A stretch of DNA of 64,000 bases from Takakia lepidozioides (lineage: Eukaryota; Plantae; Bryophyta), in assembly GCA_030704615.1 (NCBI GenBank), contig CM060734.1:25544001-25608000 (forward strand). Reading direction: 5' to 3'. The notes under the pieces are model-generated. The model made no database searches. It worked only from the letters and a program-made list of their open reading frames with translations, and was not told the origin of the DNA. Below are positions 1-12,900 of the stretch, one piece after another (the first letter of the stretch is position 1; each line of letters opens with the position of its first letter). The position numbers and the translations under genes were made by a program.

Positions 1-2386
1 CGGATTGTCATATGGAATCTATACTGAACATGAGTAACTTCAAATCCTACCTCATGATGGTAGCAACTACTTCTGAGAGCCTCTTCGAAAGCAATTGCAT
101 TGTGAATATTTTCATATTAGGTCAGCAATGTAGGAACATGTATGTAGCTGCAAGTGCATTTACGGGGTTTTAACAATCATGTGTAGTAAGCTGAAGGTGT
201 GAACTTCTAGCAAAGTTGAGTAGATCATCTTGACAATCACCATGTCATTTAAGATGCAGCTTCCATCTTTTCCATCCCTATGTCACAGTTACTCTGAACT
301 GGGTGGCCCAACAATCTTTGGCTGAAGAGACTTCTTCCTGCACCTTCCAGTGGGATTCCTGGGGCAGAATGTGATTTTCTAGTACATTCACATATTTGGC
401 TAAATTTGCATGTTATCTCACACTGGAAGGTTTGTCAATGAGTTATTTCAACTGCCTGTTGTTGTAACACGGGCGGAAGCGTTGTTTGCACGGATGAATT
501 CAGACACAAAAGTTGACACTGGATACAACCCGCTAAGGGAGCAGTCGACCCAAAGCATCATGTTTTTTGTGAGATCCCTCATGCTGATAGCTTTCCTTCT
601 GATCATCCGCCTTGCCGTGAAGGTGTGGAAGGAACGTATGGTAGCTGCCGCTCAGGCAGAGCTCAAATCAGCTGCAGTGGAACTCCCGAGAGAAAGCAAT
701 GTAATTTTGGTCTGTGGGATCACCTATGTTGTAAGTTTCCTGGTGGTGCTTCCTGTTCATGTTGCTATGACTAACCATGACCAAACAACATTGACCAAGG
801 AAGTCAATGACTTGCAAATGTCCGAGACTCATGCCCTGCTGAAGGAAGCAAAGGAGTATTGGGTACTGGTGGAGGACCTGGTCCTGGTGCCGTAGGTTGT
901 GGGTTCAGGTCTGTGGGTTGTGAAAGGGGAACCCCTTCATGTCATGTAATGAATTGGAGTTACAATGCTACGATTGCTGCCCCATATGTACGATAGGCTC
1001 CGCACACCTCCCTTCAACCCATACTTCAGTGATTATATATATGCAAACCCAGCCATGGATTTTTATTGGACAAAGCTGGTGATATGGTGATTCCGGTGTT
1101 TACATTGACTCTTGCAGCCATGGTCTACGTGTAGCAGATATGGAAGGGTTTGCTTGTGGTACAAACCCGAAGCTTGTACGATAGATTGCCTGCAATAGGT
1201 TAGTCCCTCTTGACCCGTATTTTGGCTTGGCTGGTTTCTCTCATATGGATCTGTTTCAATTCCAAAAAGTTGGCTGCGATGCGGGCCAATGCCGGGTGCA
1301 CAGGGTGAAAAAACTAGTGCCTCTGAACACATGGTACTCTTTCCCATTCTCATCAAGTTATTTGGCCTGGCAGCTGTCTCCCTCTAGTGTTGGTGCACTG
1401 TGTTCTACACCTTTGTGTGAGACCGCTTCTTCAATCTTTCTTACACTCCTGCTTTGCTTACAGACATTTGGCATTTGAAAATTTGAAGATTTTGTGAAGT
1501 ACGTCCATTTCCCAAAGTATCCTCTGATGCTCTCACTCACCTAGAACCTCAGACCCAGCCAAGGAGGGCTGCAACATTCAGTGTCTTTGTATGACTCTTA
1601 AGGTAGTCCTCAAGTTGTACGCTGTGGATAACTTCAGAGCATATCTCAGTTCCTCCTTTGAGCAGCATTTAATGCATGGGCCATTCTAATCTTAGCATCA
1701 ATGTCTGCTGGTAGAAGATGTTTACTTAGTTTGTCTTTTTCATGCTTTTATGGAGCAATCAATTTTGTATCCAGTTGTGAACCTGGAACTTTTGGGATGA
1801 CACAGGAGCCAATGTAAGAAACTTTGCAGAAAATATAGATATGTGGATTGGGCCATTTGGGTGATGCATGGCAAGCGAATACGTTGGAGGGTGGTGGAAA
1901 AAAGCCCATTCCCTCCCCGATGGAACTTGATGAGATAGAGTTCAAGTTAATGGCGTACCCCCTATCCTTGATTGGAGTGTCAATTCGTGCCATGCAGGTA
2001 GTTTCTTGTCCTTCAACCGCACTATCACATTTTCAACCGAGTCCTCTTTCCGTAGGATCGCAGTAACATTTTGCAATGTCCTTGGCTACATCCCACAAGG
2101 TATATTTGAATGCATGACGGATTTTGAAAACTTCAGTAGTCATGAGGTGAGAGCTTTTGTGTTTTTGCTATAGACGTTGTCTGTTTGCAGGCATAGTGGG
2201 GACACTTAGATTGCGTGTCATTGTCAGTGTCAGTGTCATGTCATTGTCATTAATATCTATCCTATCCAAAGACATGGTGTTTAAAGTATTTTGGGGCTTG
2301 GGGTGATCTGTATAGAGAGGTCCAGGATTGTTGGCATCACTTTACATGCAAGAAAAAATCCATCCAAGATAAATACAGTTTAACTG

Positions 2387-2603
2387 TCCAAAGTTTACAA
2401 GTAAATTTTGGAGGGCACTTTGGAAGAAAATGGGGACGAGGCTCAAGATGAGCACCGCCTTCCGACCTACGACGGACGGCCAAACCGAAAAAGTGAATTT
2501 TGTGGTGAAGCAGATCTTGCGGAATTATGTGTCAGTAGACCAATCAGACTGGGTGGAGCATTTGGATGCGGCAGAGTTCTGTTATAATAACACAAAACAC
2601 TCC
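2387..2603 (+). mobile_element. Isolated chromovirus integrase-core fragment (PKFTSKFW...YNNTKHS)
   Basis: Near-identical to the reverse complement of ~19713-19929 of the full element; sharp ends with unrelated flanks. Confidence 0.93.
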
Positions 2604-2767
2604 AGAATCCCACAGTCTATTGGGAAGGGCACCAATAGAGGCTTGTATTTGAATTGTTGGAAGAATGAATCTTTGTGTTTGATTACTAATTTGAAATATA
2701 GCCAGCTCTGGCCAAGGCATGCCAGTAGGCTGGATCTATGATATAAGGCCACTATAAGGCCACTATG

Positions 2768-4469
2768 TGCTAATCCCCCCCCCCCCCCACTAGCAAGCCA
2801 TGGAGGCCTAGGGGAGGGTGGGTTGTATTTTTTGTCTTGGGGTTTGGGTGGGATAATTTTGCTTGACAACAGCTGCCCCAAAGTCGCGAGCAGCCCGGGT
2901 GTTGCGCCTAGAGAGTAGGGACTCGATTACTAAAAGCGTGGAGGCAGCCGTGGCCCAGCCACGACGTATGGGAGCGGGGGCCCAGCGCTGACCTTAAGTC
3001 GTACTGAGATCAAGTACATCAGCCGCGTGGCTCAGGCGTGAGGCCCTGAAGCGTGCGAGCAGGGTGCGGGTCTTTACCCGTTGGATAACCAAAAGTTGAG
3101 ACGGACCAGCAGACGCTAGCGTTAACCGCAGCGGTCCACGGTTTGGACCGCTATGCGCGGATCTGCGCCCCGCCACGTGGCGGGGGCGTTTTACCCAGTG
3201 GACAATGCGTCTGCAAATTCCCTTAAAGGGGGGTATTCTTACCTTTAGCTATTAGATTCAATTTATACCCCTCTAAGGGTTAGGAGCCATTATCTAAGGC
3301 GCCAATGGTAGATAAAATCTAGGATTTTGGGAGGACATAGCCTTGGAGGGGAGCGTTCTTAGGACTCCAAGAGAGAGCCAAGCGGCCTGGGAGCAGTGAG
3401 CTAGAGGCGGAGACCTCGAGAGACAAGGGAGGAGAGAAAGTACTTTGTCCTAAAACCTCGGCTACAGTGAGCCTTTGTGTCAGAGCCCAAGGTAGAGGAT
3501 GACTTTTTCCACGGAGGGAAAGCGTACCAGCGCCTTAAAATAATGTAAGGGGGTGAAATCTGGCTTGGACCCACCAGTGGTTATTTTATTATTTACGCAT
3601 GCATGTTCTGGACTAACGAATGTAGTGGCAGGGATGAGCTCTCAGCGAGATTCATTCGTCCGATAGAGCCGCGGCAGTTCCCCGTGGCAGGGAACAGTTC
3701 CTGGGTGTTCCTCGGTTCTCATTGGGTTCCCAAGGGCATCTTTAGGCACCAAGGGTATCTTTGGATTCCCCACATGATTTCCCATAGGGGAGGTTTTTTC
3801 TGATTTTCTTAATTTCTTTTATTTTCCAGCATTTCTGATTTGCGAAATTGCTTAAATAGAATAGATGCACGTGGTGCTCGTTATAGCCTACAGGACGTTG
3901 ATTAAACTGATTGAACTTGTTGAGTTGAGGGGCTTAGAACCACCTTATTGAACTTGGTGAACCTATTGGATGACGATATTCATTTTGGCCACTCCTTTGC
4001 TAAAACAAAGTATTTAGGCACTGGGGTAGGAAGCGTTGGCCCTTCCATTAGAGGTGACTTGAACTCAAGCCCTCGGCGAATGAGGGGCATTGGGAGAGGA
4101 ACAATTTCCCTCTTCTTCCTAGGCTCGGCAGGTGTCTTGTGAAGGGATTAAAACATGTCCCGGCTATAGGCGGCTCGGGGGCCTAGGCGATAGGAATTAG
4201 ACAATAAAACACAAAGACTTGGAAGGCAGTTACTGAGTAGATTGTAGGATACCGTAGAAACGCAAACTCGCCCTGTGAAGAGGAGTACGTGATTTCTCTT
4301 TGCCGGTAGGACTTAGATAGTGATCATAGCCACCATGTACGACCACGGACCCCCCGTACTAACCGCAGTCGGGTAGGCGGTTTAGTGAGCCCAACCTACA
4401 CCGCAACTTACCACGACCCCCCTAGACAACTATGTCGTCACCCTGACCGCGCGCGCTCAGGGCTCGTCA
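2768..4469 (+). mobile_element. Long LTR of a non-chromovirus Ty3/gypsy element (family B, copy 1)
   Basis: Ends ...GGGCTCGTCA followed by a PBS; collinear with the reverse complement of 32401-33935. The 5' boundary is approximate. Confidence 0.8.
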
Positions 4470-4475
4470 TATGAA

Positions 4476-4490
4476 TGGTGCGTCTGCCGG
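4476..4490 (+). promoter_or_regulatory. Primer-binding site complementary to the tRNA-Gly(TCC) 3' end
   Basis: TGGTGCGTCTGCCGG lies 6 nt after the LTR end; plant tRNA-Gly(TCC) ends ...CTCCCGGCAGACGCA-CCA. Confidence 0.85.
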
Positions 4491-4704
4491 AAGGTAAGTG
4501 AATAGTCAGGACTTCTCCAAATTGTTATGGATGGACTAACAATATGTATTCTTGTCCTGATTTGTTTCTATGCAATACTTTACTGTTTATTCATGATCTT
4601 ACTCCATCAGGTGGAGATTGAGGAACCCCATGCACATGAAGATTAGAAGCTCTTACATGAGGGTGTTTGGATCAGTGTTCATTGAAATTACTAACGCCAT
4701 GGCA

Positions 4705-5145
4705 ATCATGACTACTCGACATACCCCCTTTTCATTGGTTTATGGGGTAGAGTCCATCATGCCAATCGAGACAGAAATCCCATCTCTACGATTGGCCATT
4801 ACCGAACGGTTGGCGACATCAGAGTCATTAAAGGAACGACTCGAGATGTTGGAAGGACTGGATGAACTCCGGCAAGCAGCAGCTCAGCACATTGAGGCAG
4901 TGCAACGGCAAAGGAAGGCTCGCTTCGATGCTAAGCGCAAAACGAGAATCTTCGATCTAGGAGATCTTATACTATTATTCGACAGTCGGAACGAGGAGTT
5001 CAAAGCCAAGTTCGACTCATATTGGATGGGCCCTTATCTCGTCAAGACAGTCTTTGACAACGGCTCATTATAACTAGAGACACTAAGGGGAGTGGAGTTC
5101 CCCAACCTGGTGAACGGTGTCCGGTGCAAGCACTACTATATGTGA
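4705..5145 (+). pseudogene. Gypsy (non-chromovirus) integrase C-terminal fragment
   Basis: TPFSLVYG...GDLILL...WMGPYLV (GPY/F motif); in-frame stop at 5071. Confidence 0.88.
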
Positions 5146-5739
5146 GTTCCATTAACCAATGAACTATTTCCCCACACTAAGGGAGAGATCTTTAGGATTT
5201 TGTCCCGGTTTGTCGGAAGGAAATGTTGGTATTTCCTACCCATTGACTCATTGGTTATTGGAGCTCCACAACGAGGTGGAGTGCGGGGCAACTAAGTTGC
5301 AATAATCCAATGAAACTTCTCCAATGGGAAGAAGTCAGTAGGACACTTACCCAAGTAGGTTATTGACACCCTTTCTTGGAGTTCCAAGGGTAGATCTTGG
5401 GATGCGGGGCAACGCAGTTGCATTAAAGAGGTGGTTTGTTCTCCAGAGTGAATTTTCGGGTAGTTATTGGAATCCACAAGGACAGACCTTGGGATGCGGG
5501 GCACATAGAGTGCAGTAATCTAACCCACCTTGTAGAATTAGAATTCGTTTGATATGGCATAAGCTATGAAAGCTATGACCATCCAATTGCCAAGTAGAAG
5601 ACTTCATACATCTTCGTTACTAATCACGTGTTTCGACTTTCTTTTCTTCTTCACCAAGTGAAGAACCACAGGTGCAGGAATGGGAACAATGGGTTGGCTA
5701 ATATATGCACTCTTGTTCAATGCACACTGTCGATCATCA

Positions 5740-7640
5740 TTTGCTTTTTTTTTTTTAATCACAGAGTTTATCTGTGTCTGATCAAAGCATATCTCGAGAA
5801 AAAATAAATGCTTGCTGTATCAAGCATTCTCTAGTATACTGATGCTCCCTGCATGGAGCACAACGACTTCCCGCACGGGGATTCTAAACCTTAAACCTTT
5901 TGTCATTTTCACCTTACCCCGCTGCAGCATTCGTCGTAGAGAGAGAAAAGTCAGAAGCAGTGAGGGGGTAAAAGGTGATTTGTAGAGCAGTGGTTGCTGC
6001 TCCCCTCACATGAGTGAAGGGCGTCAGGCACAGGAAAACCCAGAAGGGCCTGTGACCTCTTCAGATAGAATGTTACACTGTTCTAGAGTATGGTCCTCTG
6101 AGGTGCAGAATAGATCCAATCGTTTCTTAGGTCAACAATTTCATCATGAGCTCTGCGAAATCCATGAGAGGTCCCTGTGAGTCATGAACCAAGTTAGATT
6201 GATGGTGCGTTTATTTCATGGGTAGGGTCCTCGGGTATCCAATCTTTTCTGTTGTTATGTGAGCCAAGAATTAGGACTCCCAGAAGCATCCTATTTAGGA
6301 GTTTCTAGACCCTTCCGGATTCGAGTCGAGGTCGTAGTTCGCAGTGAGCGATTTACCATGAGCTGTGCACATCCATGAGAGGTCCCTGCAAGCCATGTCA
6401 AGTAGGGTAGAACCAAAAGTCCTTCCAAGGCTATTTTAGAGTAGAATCATCAATTTGCACCGCTCATATCTCTCTTACATCATCTAGGGGATTCGAACCC
6501 AGTCCGGTGGGGGAGAATGGCGGTTTTGAAGTATTTTTTATCTGGGAACTCCAACTCTCTCCGAAGAGGGCGAGCTGGGTGGTTTTGAAACATTTTTTGG
6601 CTTTTGCTTTTATTTCCTCCTCTCTCCCGGAAGACTCGAACTTTCTCCAAGGAGGAAGAGCCTGAGGGGAATTATTCTTATCTTTACTCAAGGGAGGCGT
6701 TGATTCCAAGGGATATCAGGGATACCCTAGTAGAGGGATTTTTACGAACCAGAGATCCTGGATTCTCTTACACTTGGGACGAGTGTTCCCCATTGGTTGC
6801 CATATATGTAGATGCATATATTGGTACACTTTTCTTTTCAGATCGTTTTTGATCATAAGACAAGCGGTTTTGGCATTGTACTGCCAAAACAGGTTAGTTT
6901 GTTAGTTGTCTGGAAATCGTTGGTAAAGCACGTAGGAAATTAGATAGTGTCTGCGACGACCATGGAGTGGAACTCTGGCGTCAAGATGACCGTAGGAAGC
7001 TGCATCGACAGCAGATTAGGCTGCCAATTCGGTACCAGAAACGACAAATTAATCTTGTTCAAACTATATAGGACGACTGTTCCAGTCCCAGATTGCGATC
7101 TCTCTTTTCTCCCGCCTCTCAAGTCCAGTAGGAACACACGGCGAGGAGCTTGGCAATTGGTGGAAGCGACATGTATAGCGATGAAATATCGCAACAAAGC
7201 AATTGGCCGCATCGGAATGACAGCAGGTCAGGACGACTTCGCACGGCAAAGCATGGACTTGTTAGCGGTACGGGACAACTGGAGGGGACTCCGGACAACC
7301 TATGACTCAGAGCCATCACCAGGGATTTGATTTCCAAAAATACCACAAAAGTCTGTGTTTAGCGAAAATACGACGAATGGCGAGAAGCACAACTTTTTAC
7401 CACCGATGGAGCTGAGAATTTACAGGCTGATACAAGGTATATAATTGTAGTTTGTCACCAAGTTTGGTGATTTATAGAGCTGATTAGTGGTGGGGCCAAA
7501 TTATTGAGTCGACGGCACTCACAAGGCCTATTATTTGCATTTCTACTTCTTGGATGGATGAAAAATCTTGGAATTCGCCTTGAGGAGCTGGATGGATGAA
7601 ATGAAAATTCGCGCCAACTGGTCATCCAATTGGATGTATG
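5740..7640 (+). repeat. Unclassified dispersed repeat, copy 1 (inverted copy at 44555-46140)
   Basis: Long high-identity alignment to the reverse complement of 44555-46140; shared ORFs 6604-6852 and 6947-7330. Confidence 0.88.
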
Positions 7641-7974
7641 TATTCGGGTAGGACTTGATGGAGGAGCTGGGCAAATCGGTGCCAATTTGCCTGAACCCAC
7701 TGATGCTCATAGCAATATGAGGTATGTGCTCATGTGAGCAAACAACAGGCATCCAAAGCGGGTGACAATGCCATGGAAAAAACTACCAGGACAACGACTT
7801 TTCACGCCAATCGGATAGAACACTGGTTGGACATATGCAATACAAAATCAACGCCAATTTGCTCAAGACAACTTCTGCTCACAAGTTAGAAGAAGGTATC
7901 TACTAATGTGAGCCAAAATTGGATAACTTATTGACAATGGATTCTCTATGCTTACCGCCCTTACAAACGTCCCC

Positions 7975-8438
7975 AACTATTTGTAGCGGTAGGTCCACCA
8001 CGACAACCAGCACTCCAAGGCAGGAACATCAACTAGCTTTGCAGCACCAGACGATGACCACCACGGTCTGATTATCATGAACGCCATCTCCGCTTCTTGC
8101 TCGGTCTTTGCAGCTCTCCACTGGGTAGCTAAGGACAGATGAGCGGAGTGGAACCCCTCCTGGATGTTTTTTTTCTGTGTATGCCTGGAGACTTTGCCCC
8201 CAATGGAAACCACGTGACCTTTCTCTTCCTTCCATTGGAGATCCGTCTCCGTAGACCTTCCAAACTGCCGCCCAGTTTGCATTCGCATTGTCTGCCATGA
8301 AACCCCTGAATTGCGGCCGCCTCTTCCCTACCCTCTGTTCATTAGTGCACTCCCACATCAGGACCTGTGACGCCGTGTCCTCCGATTTCATTTCGCAAAT
8401 TGCGATGGTCATTAACTTTTGGTAGAAGGGATGGTAAA
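7975..8438 (-). pseudogene. MULE/Mutator-like transposase, downstream part
   Basis: HPFYQKLMTIAICEMKSEDT...FRGFMADNANANW...GFHWGQSL (MULE D...CxxH-type core); frameshifted. Confidence 0.75.
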
Positions 8439-8551
8439 TGTCGCGCACCTCACTTCGGTAAGCTCCCCTTCAAGTCATAGTTACTCGCTTTGATGCGCGC
8501 GCCTAACTCCCAAACTGGCCGCCGGGCCAACTCGGAGTTTCGGCTGCTCAC
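8439..8551 (-). mobile_element. Chromovirus LTR piece 1 of a broken solo LTR
   Basis: Starts TGTCGCGCACC like the LTR at 17434; flanked by GTAAA (reverse complement of TSD TTTAC). Confidence 0.9.
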
Positions 8552-9128
8552 TCCTCATCCTTCTTGGTTTGCTGCAACGTGAAATTTCGCTCCTGCTCGG
8601 TGCGCGCAATTGCTTCGGAATTACGAAGCGCCAACACAACTTCCAAGCACACTCCGTAATGGTCTGCGCAATGGCTAGGTGATTGCATTAAGGAGCTTAA
8701 TGCGCGGGGGGTTTGCTAATGCGCGGGAAGCTCCACCTTGACAAAGTGGCTGCACAGCACATGTGGAACTTGTGCCACACATGCGCTTTTGGGAGTAATT
8801 TGCTGAGTTGGACATTTTATATTCTTGCTTGCATGGTATTTTCCACGACATTGCCCACATGTACAATTATGAGAGGAGGCCCCGCTCATGAACGAATCCA
8901 TTTATGCCATGCGTTCATGTTCTTTTTTTTCAGGGTGCCAACTCAGAAAATATATAGGGGTCAACCCTAGGTTTCATACCGTTGACTATTTTGGTGTGAG
9001 ACAAGGTGTGACACATCCGGTCCGGTTGTGCCACACTTTTTTCTAGTCCACACATGTGTCATATGAGCCGTGGATTCTGCAAAGTGTGACCCCCCCCCAT
9101 GCTGTGACAAAAACCAATCCCTCTTGTA

Positions 9129-9425
9129 GTGGTAAGACATAATGTACACAAAATGAAAGAACGGATGGGGCGGAGGGACGACATGAAAAATATTTTGAGT
9201 TTCAAGGGACACAGTCGGTATGATTACATACATGGAAGTAGGTTTCCAGGTCAAGGCTCCACGAAAGAGCTGTGTTTTGTATTCAAGATGTCCATAGTTG
9301 GCAGCGGTTCGGGTGTTCATTTGGTAGACATGATGAACACTGGGGGCGAGTTGGAAAATAGTTGGGTCATGTTCGACAACGTCAAGAGAATCCACGGCTG
9401 GAGCACCATGGCCTACCATGTTTAC
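9129..9425 (+). pseudogene. MULE-like transposase, upstream part (now inverted relative to the downstream part)
   Basis: ...WVMFDNVKRIHGWSTMAYHVY joins in frame through TTTAC to HPFYQK at 8438. Confidence 0.75.
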
Positions 9426-9912
9426 TTTCGCGGCCCTTTGCCTTGAGGGCAGAGGGTCGGGACACAAGAGGGGTTGCCCATGTGGTGGGGGCAGTGGCAA
9501 CATTAGGTACAGGGGCTGAAGCACCCTTGAGTGCCCAAGGCACTCAAGGAGGCGGAGGCGCTCACTAGGTGGAGCCCCGCACACCGGGTTGCGGTGGGGG
9601 TGGTTCCACGAGGGGTGGTGGTAGCTTAGTGGGTCTTAGTGGGGGCCAAGACTCACCGGGAGTCAATGGTGGTGGTTCGCCATAAAAGGAGGGTGTTGTT
9701 TGTGAAACCCCCGCGGACAGTCACAGAAGTATATATAGGGAGTAGTATCCCCGAGAACCGTACAAGCCCGTTGGTGACCAAAAACTAGTGAGTAAGCGTG
9801 CAAGCCAGAAAGCGACCAAGGTGTGGGGAGCTATTTTGGACTGCCAACAACCAAAGGGAATTTCCACTAGGCCCAAAGTGAGCGAGGATCTTGTGGAGGA
9901 GCAAAGGGGGAC
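9426..9912 (+). mobile_element. Chromovirus LTR piece 2 of the broken solo LTR (with an internal deletion)
   Basis: Reverse-complement match to the remainder of the family LTR; preceded by TTTAC. Confidence 0.9.
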
Positions 9913-12900
9913 TGAGGCGTTTACTTGTCATCTGGTTTTTGTTCAATGCGAAAAAGAAATCTTGCAATGCGTGCACGACTATTGTACCCATTGAATGGAT
10001 GTGGTTGAAGCCCCTATTTTGCCCGCATGTGCTTGAACATGTGTGCGACACATGTGCGGAGACACGACAGACAAATAAATCATTTGCCTCCCCATCGACG
10101 CGCTCCCCCCTCAAGCCATTCCACAATTTAATTGAATTTAAATTTATTTGCACAGCCTTTCATTGGGGGTTTCTAGCACGTATCGATTTTATTTTTGGCT
10201 CAATTTTGTTCTGCGGCTTCCAGCAACCCACCGCTACTCCCCCGCCAAAATTTGGACCAATCAAAAATGCCCCCAAAAACAAAATGTTCTGTTCGCTCAC
10301 TATTGCAGAACTCTCTATGAAGAGTGCATGAAGTAGAACACGAATCAAGTTTGGAGTGCAAAATAGGGAAGAAACTGTGGTTTTGGGTCCAAATGAATTT
10401 TGATAGCTCCCAAATTTGGCACGCACGTTGCATATGGCTACATTACACGCCCCATTAAAAAACGGAATGAAAAACAAATCGTGAGCACGCGAAACACAGT
10501 CCAACAGGTCCCAAAGCAATAGTAGATCCAACAAAATACATTCAATGGGTGAACGGATGGTTGCCCATCCAAATCATTTTTGTTTGCTTCCAAACTTTGC
10601 TAGCACGTTTGAGACACCTTCTCACAGGTCCCGGACTAATATGAGATCAATCGAAATTCATTCGATGGCTCAACGGATGGTTGGCCATCGAAATGATTTT
10701 GGTTTGCTTTGTGACTTGGCCAGTATGTTCAATGTGCCATGTAAGAGGCCCCAGAGTAATATGAAATCAATCGAAATTCGTTCAATGGGCCAACGGATGG
10801 TTGCCTATCCAAATGATTTTCGTTCGCTTTGAAACTTGGCCAGTGTGTTCAATGTACCATCTGATACATCCCAGTGTAATACCATGTCAATCAAAATTCG
10901 TTCAATTGTCCAATGAGGCGTTCACTTGTCATCTGGTTTTTGTTCAATGCGAAAAAGAAATCCTGCAATGCGTGCACGGCTATTGCACCCAGTGAACGGA
11001 TGTGGTTGAAGCCCCTCTTTTGCCCGCATGTGCTTGAACATGTGTGGAGACACAACAGACGAATAAATCATTTGCCTCCCCATTGACGCGCTCCCTCCTC
11101 AAGCCATTCCACAATTTAATTGAATTTACATTTATTTTAAGCCAATAAATAGGTTTGCACCGCCTTTCATTGGGGGTTTCTGGCACGTATCGATTTTGTT
11201 TTTGGCTCAATTTTTGTTCTGTGGCTTCCAACATCCCACCGCTACTCCCCCGCCAAAATTTGGACCAATCAAAAATGCCCCCAAAAACAAAATGTTCTCT
11301 TCGCTCACTATTGCATAACTCTTTATGAAGAGTGCATGAAGTAAAACACGAATCAAGTTTTGGAGTGCAAAACAGGGAACAAACTGTGGTTTTGGGTCCA
11401 AATGAATTTTGATCGCTCCCAAATTTGGCACGCACGTTGCATATGGCTACATTACACGCCCCATTAAAAAACAGAATGAAAAACAAATCGTGAGCACGCG
11501 AAACACAGTCCAAAGCAATAGCAGATCCAACGAAATACATTCAACGGGTGAACGGATGGTTGCCCATCCAAATCATTTTTGTTTGCTTCCAAACTTTGCC
11601 AGCACGTTTGAGACACCCTCTCACAGGTCCCGAACTAATATGAGATCAATCAAAATTCATTCGATGGCTCAACGGATGGTTGGCCATCGAAATGATTTTG
11701 GTTCGCTTTGTGACTTGGCCAATATGTTCAATGTGCCATGTAAGAGGCCCCAGAGTAATATGCGATCAATCGAAATTTGTTCAATGGGCCAACGGATGGT
11801 TGCCCATCCAAACGATTTTCGTTCGCTTTGAAACTTGGCTAGTGTGTTCAATGTACCATCTGATACGTCCCACTGTAATACGAGATCAATCGAAATTCAT
11901 TCGATTGTCCAATGAGGCGTTCACTTGTCATCTGGTTTTTGTTCAATGCGAAAAAGAAATCTTGCAATGCGTGCACGGCTATTGCACCCATTGAACGGAT
12001 GTGGTTGAAGCCCCTCTTTTGCCCGCATGTGCTTGAACATGTGTGCAACACATGTGCGGAGACACAACAGACGAATAAATCATTTGCCTCCCCATCGACG
12101 CGCTCCGCCTCAAGCCATTCCACAATTTAATTGAATTTAAATTTATTTTAAGCCAATAAATAGGTTTGCACCACCTTTCATTGGGGGTTTCTGACACGTA
12201 TCGATTTTGTTTTTGGCTCAATTTTTGTTCTTCGGCTTCCAACATCCTACAGCTATTCCCCCGCCAAAATTTGGACCAATCAAAAATGCCCCCAAAAACA
12301 AAATGTCCTCTTCGCTCACTATTGTAGAACTCTTTATGAAGAGTGCATGAAGTAGAACACGAATCAAGTTTGGAGTGCAAAACATGAAAGAAACTGTGGT
12401 TTTGGGTCCAAATGAATTTTGATCGCTCCCAAATTTGGCTACATTACACGCCCCATTAAAAAACGGAATGAAAAACAAATCGTGAGCACGCGAAACACAG
12501 TCCAACAGGTCCCAAAACAATAGCAGATCCAACGAAATACATTCAACAGGTGAACGGATGGTTGCCCATCCAAATCATTTTTGTTTGCTTCCAAACTTTG
12601 CCAGCACGTTCGAGTCACTCTCTCACAAGTCCCGGACTAATATGAGATCAATCGAAATTCATTCGATGGCTCAACGGATGGTTGGCCATCGAAATGATTT
12701 TGGTTCGCTTTGAGACTTGGCCAGTATGTTCAATGTGCCATGTAAGAAGCCCCAGAGTAATATGAGATCAATCGAAATTTGTTCAATGGGCCAACGGATG
12801 GTTGCCCATCCAAATGATTTTCGTTCGCTTTGAAACCTGGCTAGTGTGTTCAATGTACCATCTAATACATCCCAATGTAATACGAGATCAATTGAAATTC

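Noticed and set aside
410-895. 161-aa ORF with hydrophobic segments as a membrane or env protein
   Set aside because: No recognisable family or gene context; 1-2100 looks like decayed unclassified sequence.
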